From: Mycobacteriales bacterium
Lineage (GTDB): Bacteria > Actinomycetota > Actinomycetes > Mycobacteriales > CAJCIY01
Assembly: GCA_035546915.1 (NCBI GenBank)
Contig: DASZVT010000110.1
Location: 1-38,068, forward strand
Direction of reading: 5' to 3'
Length of the DNA: 38,068 nt
Shown: positions 1-8,424 of the stretch, piece by piece
Layout of the letters: each line of letters opens with the position of its first letter
Numbering within the stretch: position 1 is the stretch's first letter
Translations under genes and position numbers: made by a program
The notes under the pieces: model-generated
Told to the model about the DNA's origin: nothing
Database searches by the model: none
What the model saw: only the letters and a program-made list of their open reading frames with translations

Positions 1-1345
1 GACGATGTTCGGGGGGCTGTGGCCGGGTTTCGACGCCACCGAGGTGCCCATCACCTCGGTGACCAATGGCGTGCACGCGCCGACCTGGGTGGCGCGGGAG
101 ATGCAGGACCTCGCCGCGGTACTGGATAAGACGAGCGACGCCGCGTTGTGGGCTACCCGGCGAGCCCTGCGGGCCCGGCTGGTGACCGACGTCCGTGCCC
201 GACTACGGGAGTCGTGGCTGATCCGCGGTGCCGGTGAGGCCGAGCTGGGCTGGACCGAGACCGCGTTCGACCCCGACGTCCTGACCGTGGGTTTCGCCAG
301 GCGGGTGCCGTCGTACAAGCGACTCACCCTCATGCTGCAGGACCCCGAGCGGCTCGCCGCTCTGCTGCTCGACCCGGAACGACCGATCCAGATGATCATT
401 GCCGGCAAGGCGCACCCGGCGGACGAGGGAGGCAAGGAACTCGTACAGCAGATCGTCGCGTTCGCGGACAGGGAGGACGTCCGGCACCGCATCGCCTTTC
501 TGCCGGGATACGACATGCGGATGGCGAAGGTGCTCTACCCGGGTTGTGACGTCTGGCTCAACAACCCGCTGCGGCCGTTGGAGGCGTGCGGTACCTCGGG
601 GATGAAGGCGGCGCTCAACGGCGTGCTGAACCTGTCCATCCGGGACGGCTGGTGGGACGAGATGTTCGACGGCCAGAACGGTTGGGCGATCGCGACCGCC
701 GATGGCGTCGAGGACCCGGTGCGGCGGGACGAACTGGAGGCCGGTGCGCTCTACGACCTGCTGGAGAACGCGGTCGCGCCGCGTTTCTACGGCGCAACGC
801 CGGGGGGTTCCGCCCCGACGCACTGGCTGGCCATGGTGCGGCACACCCTGGCCACGCTCGGGCCGCAGGTGTTGGCGGACCGGATGCTCGCCGAGTACGT
901 CACGCAGTTGTACGCGCCGGCCGCCCGCAGCAGCCGCGCGCTGCGTGCCGACGGCTACGGGGGAGCGAAGGAGTTGTCCGCCTGGACGGCTCGGGTGCGC
1001 ACCCACTGGCCCGAGGTCGCCGTCCTGCACGTGGAGTCCGGTGGCGACGCGGACGTCCCGGTGCTCGGGCAGCCACTACCGATCCGTGCGGTGGTTGCGC
1101 TGGGCCCGTTGAGCGTGGAGGACGTAGAGGTACAAGTCGCCTACGGCACGGTGGACGAGAACGACGATGTCCGCGACATCGAGACGCTGCCGATGCTGCA
1201 TACCGGTTTTGTCGACGGCGGGCACCGGTTCGAGGTAACGCTGCGGCTGTCGAGGTCCGGGCCGTTCGGGTACACCGTGCGGGTACTGCCGCGGCACCCG
1301 TTACTACCCAATGCTGCTGACCTGGGCCTGGTCGTCTCAGCGTGA
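1..1345 (+). CDS. glgP: alpha-glucan (glycogen/maltodextrin) phosphorylase, GT35 family, C-terminal ~446 aa; the 5' end lies outside the window
   Basis: The frame is open to the left edge. It contains the GT35 pyridoxal-phosphate lysine motif EACGTSGMKAALNG plus the GKAHPADEGGK, LPGYDM and NNPLRPLEA blocks typical of bacterial alpha-glucan phosphorylases. Confidence 0.9.
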   Translation, partial: TMFGGLWPGFDATEVPITSVTNGVHAPTWVAREMQDLAAVLDKTSDAALWATRRALRARLVTDVRARLRESWLIRGAGEAELGWTETAFDPDVLTVGFARRVPSYKRLTLMLQDPERLAALLLDPERPIQMIIAGKAHPADEGGKELVQQIVAFADREDVRHRIAFLPGYDMRMAKVLYPGCDVWLNNPLRPLEACGTSGMKAALNGVLNLSIRDGWWDEMFDGQNGWAIATADGVEDPVRRDELEAGALYDLLENAVAPRFYGATPGGSAPTHWLAMVRHTLATLGPQVLADRMLAEYVTQLYAPAARSSRALRADGYGGAKELSAWTARVRTHWPEVAVLHVESGGDADVPVLGQPLPIRAVVALGPLSVEDVEVQVAYGTVDENDDVRDIETLPMLHTGFVDGGHRFEVTLRLSRSGPFGYTVRVLPRHPLLPNAADLGLVVSA

Positions 1346-1360
1346 GGCCAGCTGGTGTGC

Positions 1361-1921
1361 TCAGGCCTGGGCGTGCACCACGGTGCCGCCGAACTTGCTG
1401 ACGATGAGTGCGGCGTCCTGCTGTGTCTGGGTCTGCTCACCGGCCGCGACCCAGTTCGACCCGCGCGCGACGTAGACGTCGATGTTCTGCTGGCTGCCGG
1501 CCTTGCCGAGGACCTTGATGCCCGCGTCGATCTTCGCCGGGCTGTCGAACACCATCACGACGATCTCGGTCTGGGACAGCTTGCATTCGCCGATGCTCGA
1601 CGCGCCGAACATCGTGCCGACCGCGGTGAGCCCGGCCTCGGCGAAGTCGGTGCACTGGTGCTGCGCCGCGAGCGATGCCGCGGCGACCGCAGCAGCGGGC
1701 GTCGAGCCGGAACGGCTGACCGACGACGAACTGGCCGCGCCCGTGGTCGGGGCTGTCGGACTCGCGCCGGTCGACGGGCTTGCGTCCGGTGTCCCAGATG
1801 CGGCGACGGAGCCCGTCCCCGGGGCGGCCGGGGACCCGCTTGCTCCCGAGGAGCCGCCGCAGCCGGCTGCCGCGATGGTCATGGCGACGAGGCCGATTGC
1901 TGCTGCCAGCGGTCTGCGCAC
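1361..1921 (-). CDS. putative secreted lipoprotein, family not recognised
   Basis: GTG start at 1921 with GAAGGAG 10 nt upstream. The N-terminus MRRPLAAAIGLVAMTIAAAGC is a signal peptide plus lipobox Cys. A Ser/Pro/Ala/Thr-rich linker is followed by a ~100 aa globular part with 2 Cys. Confidence 0.6.
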   Translation of the reverse strand: MRRPLAAAIGLVAMTIAAAGCGGSSGASGSPAAPGTGSVAASGTPDASPSTGASPTAPTTGAASSSSVSRSGSTPAAAVAAASLAAQHQCTDFAEAGLTAVGTMFGASSIGECKLSQTEIVVMVFDSPAKIDAGIKVLGKAGSQQNIDVYVARGSNWVAAGEQTQTQQDAALIVSKFGGTVVHAQA

Positions 1922-2135
1922 GTTCGCGCTGCTCCTTCTAGGCCCAGGGACCGTCGGTGTTGCGGAGGTGCCCCGTACCAGGGCCGCACGACGCTGTCAC
2001 CGTAACCCAGCGTTGTGGCGCCGCATCGGCGTGGTGGCCTACGCACGGCCGGATCCGTGCAGCTACCGGCTGCATAGGATTCCCCGGATGGCGGCGCCGA
2101 TCAGGTACCGGCCTGGGTGGCGCTGAGGAGGGCGG

Positions 2136-3266
2136 ATGAGGAGTCCGGGTACGGTGGCTCGACGCTGCACGTCGACGCGGGTGCGTGTCGGTGGTGCACT
2201 GCTCGCCCTGGCGTTGGCGGCCGGGACCAGCGCATGCGGAAGCGGCGGCGACAGCGACAGCAACGCGAGCCCGACGCCGTCGTCGAGCTCGTTGGTCAGT
2301 CAGCAGCGGTGTGCCGCGAACAAGGCCGCTGGGACGATCAACTACGTCTCGCCCTTTGGCTTCGACGCGTCGGCGGGCATCATCGACGCGTTCGCGGCCC
2401 AGAAGCTCGGCTACTTCAAGGACATGTGCCTGAGCGTGTCGTTCATCACGAACTCGCCGAACTACCAGTCGCTGGTGTCCGCGGGACGGGCACAGATGAC
2501 GAACATCGGCAGTGCCGCCGATCTCATGCTGGCGGTCGGCAACAACGCCAATCTGATCGGTGTCTCGACCTACGCGAACACGTCCAACTACGCGATCCTC
2601 GCGCACAAGGACGTCACCACCTTGAAGCAGCTGGAGGGCAAGGCGGTCGGGTACCACTTCACGGTTCCGGTCGTCATCTCGCAGATGCTGACCAAGGCGG
2701 GGGTGGACGTGAAGAAGGTCAAGTTCATCAATACGACGAACTACGACCCGAACCAGCTCTTCCAGGGCCGCTTCGACGCGATGGAGGTATACCGGTCGAA
2801 CGAGCCGTTGGTGCTGCATGCAGCGGGCAAGGAGTTCACCGAGTTCGACCCGGGGCAGTTCGGTGTCTCGGGGACCTACGACCCGATGGTGGCCAACAAG
2901 GACTTCTTGGCGCAGCATCGCAGCGCGGTACAGGACTTCCTGCGGGCCCAGCTGCACGCCTTCCACTACTGCGTCGACCACGTGACCGAGTGCGTGTCGA
3001 TCGAAGCGAGCTACGCGAGGGATGCCGGCGCCACCTACGACGTCGCGCACGAGACGCAGGTCTGGAAGTTTTCCGCGCAGCTGGTGCAGCAGAACACGCT
3101 GCCGGGCAAGGGCATCGGGGTGCACACGGCGGCGGAATGGACGCCGGAGTATCAGGGGCTGCAGCAACTCGGGCTAGTGAAGAGCCTGCCGCCGCTATCC
3201 GATTTTCAGGACACTGAATTGGTCGCGAGCCTGTACAACGGTGCGACGTTGAACTGGCCCGGTTAG
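2136..3266 (+). CDS. ABC-transporter substrate-binding lipoprotein, NMT1/THI5/SsuA-like (nitrate/sulfonate/taurine type)
   Basis: GGAGG lies 4 nt upstream of ATG 2136. Signal peptide with lipobox LAAGTSAC. The body (INYVSPFGFDASAG, LKQLEGKAVGY, YDPNQLFQGRFDAM) resembles the NMT1/SsuA periplasmic binding fold. The exact start is uncertain. Confidence 0.7.
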   Translation: MRSPGTVARRCTSTRVRVGGALLALALAAGTSACGSGGDSDSNASPTPSSSSLVSQQRCAANKAAGTINYVSPFGFDASAGIIDAFAAQKLGYFKDMCLSVSFITNSPNYQSLVSAGRAQMTNIGSAADLMLAVGNNANLIGVSTYANTSNYAILAHKDVTTLKQLEGKAVGYHFTVPVVISQMLTKAGVDVKKVKFINTTNYDPNQLFQGRFDAMEVYRSNEPLVLHAAGKEFTEFDPGQFGVSGTYDPMVANKDFLAQHRSAVQDFLRAQLHAFHYCVDHVTECVSIEASYARDAGATYDVAHETQVWKFSAQLVQQNTLPGKGIGVHTAAEWTPEYQGLQQLGLVKSLPPLSDFQDTELVASLYNGATLNWPG

Positions 3267-3391
3267 CTGGTCGCAGCCGCGGTCAGGGATGCCGGTCGAC
3301 GGCGGACTCGTCGACCTCCTGCCAGAACTCCGATCAGGTCGGGAAGCCCTGGGGAGAGGTGGCGGTGAGCCGCCGTTCGAGTCTTCCACCG

Positions 3392-4183
3392 TCAGCCAAG
3401 GATCGTCCGTCCCCCGCCCAACATCAGGGTCGCTCCGGTGAGGTAGCTCCAGTCGTCGCTGATCAGCGACGCGACGGGACGGCCGATGTCCGCTTCCGGG
3501 TCACCCATCCGGCCGAGCGGGATGCCCGCCTCGATCCGTGCGAACCGGGCCAGGTCAGCATCGCGGAAAGCCTCGGCGGCCGGTGACAGTGCCGTGGGTA
3601 CGACCACGTTCACCCGGATCCGATACTGGCCCCATTCCTGGGAGGCGACCCGGGACAGGCCGCGGATCGCCTCCTTGGTCATGGCGTACGCGCCAAAGGT
3701 GCGGTCCCCGCTGATCGCGGTAGATGAGCCGAAGTTGACCACGCTGCCGCCGCCGCGCCTCTTCAGGTGGGGTAGCGCGGCCTGCATGCCGTAGATCGTC
3801 GCCAGCGCACCGGTCCGCCAGCACAGTTCGAGGTTCTCGTCCGTGGTGTCTTCGATCGATTGCTGTCTCGATGATTGCGCGTTGTTCACCAGCGCGTCGA
3901 GGCCGCCGAAGGCTTGAACGGTCGTGGCGACCGCCGCGTCGACCTGGGCACGCTCGGCGACATCGCAGCTGACCGCGATGGCGTCGCCGCCCAGGGCGTC
4001 GATCTCAGCCTGCACCGCTTCCACCTTGGACAGCGTGCGCCCGGCCAGCCCGACCGCCGCGCCGTCCTTCGCCAACGCGAGTGCGATCCCACGCCCGATC
4101 CCCTGCCCCGCACCGGTGACCAGCGCGACCTTGCCGGCCAGCCGGTCCGCACCGGGCACCCCGGCCCTCGTATTGAGTGTCAT
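3392..4183 (-). CDS. short-chain dehydrogenase/reductase (classical SDR, FabG-like)
   Basis: Cofactor motif VTGAGQGIGRGIA, NNAQ, and catalytic S...YAMTK. The ORF-track start at 4204 is TTG, so I prefer ATG 4183 (MTLNT...). Confidence 0.85.
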   Translation of the reverse strand: MTLNTRAGVPGADRLAGKVALVTGAGQGIGRGIALALAKDGAAVGLAGRTLSKVEAVQAEIDALGGDAIAVSCDVAERAQVDAAVATTVQAFGGLDALVNNAQSSRQQSIEDTTDENLELCWRTGALATIYGMQAALPHLKRRGGGSVVNFGSSTAISGDRTFGAYAMTKEAIRGLSRVASQEWGQYRIRVNVVVPTALSPAAEAFRDADLARFARIEAGIPLGRMGDPEADIGRPVASLISDDWSYLTGATLMLGGGRTILG

Positions 4184-4334
4184 GTTCTTGAACCTACCGT
4201 GCAATGTGGAGGGGCTGTGCAGAGCACGGGTCCTGCGACCAGGACACGGCTGACACTAGAGTTCCGCTCTGTCCGGTTCGGTCCGACCACAGCGACGTCC
4301 ACGTCCGCGGTCCGGCTCACGGGAGGTCCGCGCG

Positions 4335-5135
4335 ATGGCGTTCTCCGGCGGCTTCGTCCGCCTGGAGCCCGATACGGCGACGGGCGGCGCCGTCGTCACC
4401 GTGCGGGTTGACCGCGGCCCGACGAATGCGCTGTCGCGCGTCGTCCGCGAAGAGATCCGGCTGGCGGCACGGGCGGTGTCGGCGGACCCGCAGGTCCGGG
4501 CGGTAGTGCTCTCCGGTGGGCCGAAGATCTTCGCTGCGGGCGGCGACATCGCCGAGTTCGCGGCGATGTCCGAGGCCGATATGGCCGCCGAGGTGGATGC
4601 GCTGCAGTCGTCGTTCACCGCGGTGGCGCGGATCGCGAAGCCGGTGGTCGCGGCGGTGAGCGGATACGCGCTCGGCGGCGGCCTGGAACTCGCGCTCTGC
4701 GCCGATGTCCGGGTGGCCGGGGACAACGCTCGGCTCGGCCAGCCCGAGATCCTGCTGGGCCTGATGCCCGGCGGAGGCGGCAGCCAGCGACTGCCCCGGC
4801 TGGTTGGTCCGGCCCGGGCCAAGGACCTGATCTTCACCGGCCGGCACGTGCTTGCCGACGAGGCGCTGGCGATCGGCCTGGTGGACCGGGTGGTGCCGGC
4901 CGATGACGTGTGTACCGCCGCGCTGGACCTCGCGCGCCGGTTCGCTGCCGGCCCGACCCGGGCGATCGCGGCCGCCAAGCGGGCCATCGATGACGGGGCG
5001 GACTGCGGAGTGCCGGGCGGGCTGGCGCTGGAACGCGAGCTGTTCGTACGGCTGTTCGGCACCGAGGACGCGCGCAGCGGCATGCGCAGCTTCCTGGACA
5101 GCGGCCCGGGCAACGCGACGTTCGCGGGCCGCTGA
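4335..5135 (+). CDS. echA: enoyl-CoA hydratase/isomerase (canonical crotonase)
   Basis: GGGAGG lies 8 nt upstream of the ATG. Oxyanion-hole motif FAAGGDI is present, as are both catalytic Glu (GGGLELAL and GQPEILLGLMPG). The stop overlaps the next start (TGATG). Confidence 0.9.
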   Translation: MAFSGGFVRLEPDTATGGAVVTVRVDRGPTNALSRVVREEIRLAARAVSADPQVRAVVLSGGPKIFAAGGDIAEFAAMSEADMAAEVDALQSSFTAVARIAKPVVAAVSGYALGGGLELALCADVRVAGDNARLGQPEILLGLMPGGGGSQRLPRLVGPARAKDLIFTGRHVLADEALAIGLVDRVVPADDVCTAALDLARRFAAGPTRAIAAAKRAIDDGADCGVPGGLALERELFVRLFGTEDARSGMRSFLDSGPGNATFAGR

Positions 5136-6091
5136 TGGACGCTCCCACCGCTGCTGACATCGAGGCTGCCCGCAGCGACCCGAAACTGGCCAACGTGCTT
5201 TACCACGACTGGGAGAGCCGAACCTACGACCAGAAGTGGTCGATCTCCTACGACCAGCGCTGCATCTCCTACGCCCGGGACCGGTTTGTCACCGCGGCCG
5301 GCGGCGCGACCGGCTGGCCGTACCCGACCGCACTGGAGGTGGGCGCCGGCACCGGGTTCTTCCTGCTGAACCTGATCCAGGCCGGGGTGGTTGCCCGCGA
5401 CGGCGGGCACGTCACGGACATCAGCCCTGGCATGGTCGAGGTGGCGCAGCGTAACGCGCGGGGACTGGGATTCGAGGTGCAGGGTCGGGTCGCCGACGCC
5501 GAGTCACTGCCGTATCCGGACGCCAGCGTGGACCTGGTGGTCGGGCACGCGGTCTTGCATCACATCCCGGATGTCGAACTGGCGCTGCGGGAGGTGTTGC
5601 GCGTGCTCAAGCCGGGGGGGCGGTTCGTCTTCGCTGGTGAGCCCACCCGTTACGGCGACGTGGTGGCACGGCGGCTGTCCCGGTGGACCTGGTGGCTGAC
5701 CCGGTCGGCGGGCCGCGTCCCTGGGCTCGCGGGTTGGGTTCGCCCGCAGCGCGAACTCGACGCGAGCAGCCAGGCGGCGAACCTGGAGGCGCTGGTCGAC
5801 CTGCACACCTTTGCGCCCGCCGAACTGCGGAGCGTCGCCATGGCGGCCGGTGCGACGGAGGTGAGGGTGCGCACCGAGGAGCTGACCGCATCCTGGTTCG
5901 GCTGGCCGGTGCGCACTTTCGAGGCCGCGGTGGTCGAGGGCCGGCTCGGCTGGCGCTGGGCGATGTTCGCCTACCGCAGCTGGCTGCGGCTGTCCTGGTT
6001 GGACGCGCACGTGCTACGGCACGTCGTTCCTGCCGGCCTGTTCTACAACGCCCTGATCACCGGGCTGAAACCGGTGGAGAAGTCGTGCTGA
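5135..6091 (+). CDS. class I SAM-dependent methyltransferase
   Basis: Motif I LEVGAGTGFFLLNL, acidic loop HVTDISPGM, motif LKPGGRFVF. Translationally coupled to the upstream echA. Confidence 0.85.
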   Translation: MDAPTAADIEAARSDPKLANVLYHDWESRTYDQKWSISYDQRCISYARDRFVTAAGGATGWPYPTALEVGAGTGFFLLNLIQAGVVARDGGHVTDISPGMVEVAQRNARGLGFEVQGRVADAESLPYPDASVDLVVGHAVLHHIPDVELALREVLRVLKPGGRFVFAGEPTRYGDVVARRLSRWTWWLTRSAGRVPGLAGWVRPQRELDASSQAANLEALVDLHTFAPAELRSVAMAAGATEVRVRTEELTASWFGWPVRTFEAAVVEGRLGWRWAMFAYRSWLRLSWLDAHVLRHVVPAGLFYNALITGLKPVEKSC

Positions 6092-6093
6092 CC

Positions 6094-6861
6094 ATGGTCG
6101 GGGCGTTGGCCCGGCGGTTGCGGCGGCTACCCCCGCGGGACCCGCAGCAGGCACGATTTCTGACCCGCGCGAGCCTGCGCTGGGTGCTGCGTCACCGCGC
6201 CTGGACGCCGTGGTACCTGGTCCGGTACCTACGGTTCGGCTGGTTGCGGCTGTCCCGCCCGCAGATCGTCACCACCGGCTTCGTGTTTCTCGGGCCGCGG
6301 GTGGATCTGCACTGCCGTAAGAATTACGGCCGGATGGTGATCGGCCGGTGGACGCACATCGGCGCCGGCAACGCGCTGCGCTGCCACGAGGGGTCCTTGC
6401 GGATCGGGGACAAGTGCGTATTCGGCAAGGACAACACCGTCAACACCTACCTCGACATCGAATTCGGCGCGGCCACCATCGTGGCCGACTGGGTGTACGT
6501 GTGCGACTTCGACCACGTCTTCGACGACATCACGGTTCCGATCAAGGACCAGGGGATCGTCAAGTCACCGGTCCGGATCGGCCCGGACGTCTGGATGGGT
6601 ACGAAGGTGACGGTGCTGCGCGGTACCCGGGTTGGGCGCGGCGTCGTACTGGCGGCGCACTGCCTCGTGAACGCCGACATCCCGGACTGGGCGGTGGCGG
6701 TGGGCGTTCCGGCACGAGTGGTCCGGGACCGGGTGGCCGACTACGACGCCGCCGCCGAGCGCCGTGCTGCGATCGCCGACATGGCTCGCAAGACCGCAGA
6801 GGCCGCGCGGGCGGTGGTGGCCGCGGTACAAACGGGCAGCAGCGTCCGTCCCGGGCGCTGA
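6094..6861 (+). CDS. hexapeptide-repeat (left-handed beta-helix) acyl/acetyltransferase
   Basis: Repeated [LIV]-G-x4 hexapeptide turns (IGAGNALRCHEGSLRIGDKCVFG ... IGPDVWMGTKVTVLRGTRVGRGVVLAA), as in the maltose/galactoside O-acetyltransferase fold. ATG 6094 lies 2 nt after the upstream stop; GTG 6085 is an alternative. The ORF-track 5' extension to 5683 overlaps the methyltransferase and is rejected. Confidence 0.8.
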   Translation: MVGALARRLRRLPPRDPQQARFLTRASLRWVLRHRAWTPWYLVRYLRFGWLRLSRPQIVTTGFVFLGPRVDLHCRKNYGRMVIGRWTHIGAGNALRCHEGSLRIGDKCVFGKDNTVNTYLDIEFGAATIVADWVYVCDFDHVFDDITVPIKDQGIVKSPVRIGPDVWMGTKVTVLRGTRVGRGVVLAAHCLVNADIPDWAVAVGVPARVVRDRVADYDAAAERRAAIADMARKTAEAARAVVAAVQTGSSVRPGR

Positions 6862-6877
6862 CCTCGGTCAGCGCCCG
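6852..6877. terminator. bidirectional stem-loop between convergent genes (10-bp stem, 6-nt loop); both stop codons lie inside the stem
   Basis: CGGGCGCTGA (6852-6861) / CCTCGG loop / TCAGCGCCCG (6868-6877) is a perfect inverted repeat. TGA 6859-6861 ends the acyltransferase and TCA 6868-6870 is the GT4 stop on the minus strand. There is no U-tract. Confidence 0.45.
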
Positions 6878-8124
6878 TCGGCAAGCAGATTGCCGTCCCG
6901 GACCAGCATCCGCAGTGGTGCGGGACGGGCCCGGGTGGACGCCTGCAGGGCGCGTTCCTCGCGGCCCGCGCGCTCGAACACCGCAGCGGTGGCGAGGGCT
7001 ACCTGATTCCAGTCCATCCCGCTGGCTGCCGCCCGGGCGGTCCGGGCCATGCGTGCGGCGGCGACCTCGTCCGCCAGCATCGCGCTCACGCCATCCGCGA
7101 GCGCGGCGGGATCGTCCTGAGCGACGCGCAGCCCCGTCCGCCCCGGGTCGACGAACTCGGCCAGACCGCCGGTATCGCTGACGACCAGCGGTGTGCCGGC
7201 GACCGCGGATTCCAGCGCGACCAGGCCGAACGGCTCGTACAGGGAAGGGGCGACCGTCACATCGGCGGCGCCGAGTAAGGCAGCCAGTTCGTCGGTCGGC
7301 AGTCGGCCGGCGAACGTCACGCATCGCCCCAGCCGCAACTGGCGGGTGCGGTCGCGCAACGCCTGCTCCTGGGTGCCCGCACCGGCCAGCACCAGCCGGA
7401 TGCCGGGGTGGCGGCGACGCAGCCGAGGCATCGCGGCGAGCGCGACGTGCGCTCCCTTCTCCCATTCGAGACGGCCGGGCAGCACCAGCAACGGGCCGTC
7501 ACCGGCATAGCGAGCTCGGGCCGCGGCGACCGACCGGGCCGGGGCGCGGAAAGCGGCCAGATCGGTACCGTTGCCGATCACGTCGACCTTCCCGGGTGGG
7601 AGCTCGAACAGCCTGGTGACCTCCCACGCCATCGAGCGCGAGCAGGTGACGACCCGGCGTGCCTCGTAGGTGAGCCACCACTCGACGGTGTGGATGGCGC
7701 GATTGAGCGGACCGGGCAGCCAGCCCTGGTGCCGACCGGCTTCAGTGGCGTGCAGGGTGGTCACCAAGGGCACGCCGAAGTGCTCCTTGAGCGTGGTGGC
7801 GGCGTGCGCGACGAGCCAGTCGTGGGCGTGCACGACGTCCGGGGTGTCCAGGTCGGCGCGCAACGCTGCGCGCAGCAAGGTGTGGTTCAGCGCCATCGTC
7901 CAGGCGAGCAGGTCGTTCATCGGGATGCTGGGTGGATCGGTCGGGGCGCGCAGGACGTGAACGCCGTCGAGGATCTCCTCCAGTGGGGCGCCGTCGGCCC
8001 ACCGACTGACCACGGTGACGTCGTGGCCCTGCCTTGCAAGCGCGGTGCTGAGGGCGTGGACGTGCCGGCCCAGCCCTCCGACGATCACCGGGGGGTACTC
8101 CCAGGACAGGATCAGGATGCGCAT
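6868..8124 (-). CDS. GT4 retaining glycosyltransferase, alpha-1,4-glucosyltransferase / glycogen-synthase-like (Rv3032-like)
   Basis: N-terminus MRILILSWEYPPVIVGGLGRHVHALS is typical of actinobacterial GT4 glucan synthases. C-terminal EX7E region YEPFGLVALESAVAGTPLVVSDTGGLAEFV. Confidence 0.9.
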   Translation of the reverse strand: MRILILSWEYPPVIVGGLGRHVHALSTALARQGHDVTVVSRWADGAPLEEILDGVHVLRAPTDPPSIPMNDLLAWTMALNHTLLRAALRADLDTPDVVHAHDWLVAHAATTLKEHFGVPLVTTLHATEAGRHQGWLPGPLNRAIHTVEWWLTYEARRVVTCSRSMAWEVTRLFELPPGKVDVIGNGTDLAAFRAPARSVAAARARYAGDGPLLVLPGRLEWEKGAHVALAAMPRLRRRHPGIRLVLAGAGTQEQALRDRTRQLRLGRCVTFAGRLPTDELAALLGAADVTVAPSLYEPFGLVALESAVAGTPLVVSDTGGLAEFVDPGRTGLRVAQDDPAALADGVSAMLADEVAAARMARTARAAASGMDWNQVALATAAVFERAGREERALQASTRARPAPLRMLVRDGNLLADGR

Positions 8125-8153
8125 GCCGGACGCATCATCCCAGTTCGGACACC

Positions 8154-8175
8154 CCGCTGCAGGGCGGCGCAGCGG
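8154..8175. other. stem-loop (7-bp stem, 8-nt loop) in the 63-nt gap between the small membrane protein gene and the GT4 gene
   Basis: CCGCTGC (8154-8160) / AGGGCGGC / GCAGCGG (8169-8175). Function unknown. Confidence 0.2.
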
Positions 8176-8187
8176 AGCGCGCCGTGA

Positions 8188-8424
8188 TCAGCGCCGGCGC
8201 CGGCGCCGGTCGATCAGGAACCCGGCCGCGAAGCCGAGTGCAGCCGCGATGACCAGAGCCAGCCACAGCGGCGCGCTGACCTGCGGGCCGATGAACCGGA
8301 TCTTGGTCTTGCGGGTGTTCTCCACGATGAAGATGATCACGATGATCCCGAGCACGATCGCGCTGATGCCGCGCGGGCCCAGGCGCTCCAGGATCGTGCG
8401 GGGACCGGGTTCTGGCTCAGGCAT
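8188..8424 (-). CDS. small two-TM membrane protein, LapA-domain/DUF1049-like
   Basis: 78 aa with two hydrophobic helices (ISAIVLGIIVIIFIV and LWLALVIAAALGFAAGFLI) and a polybasic tail RRRRRR. The ATG overlaps the GH57 stop by 8 nt. Confidence 0.6.
   Translation of the reverse strand: MPEPEPGPRTILERLGPRGISAIVLGIIVIIFIVENTRKTKIRFIGPQVSAPLWLALVIAAALGFAAGFLIDRRRRRR

Noticed and set aside
1938-3167. 409-aa ORF on the - strand, plus the + strand 2117-3217 ORF
   Set aside because: Both overlap the substrate-binding lipoprotein frame, which alone has a signal peptide with lipobox and a binding-protein-like body.
3267-3391. Small hairpins between the convergent binding-protein and SDR genes (GTCGAC-n9-GTCGAC; GGCGG-TGAG-CCGCC at 3361-3374)
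   Set aside because: The stems are only 5-6 bp, have no U-tract and are not clearly better than background in GC-rich DNA. I did not call a terminator.
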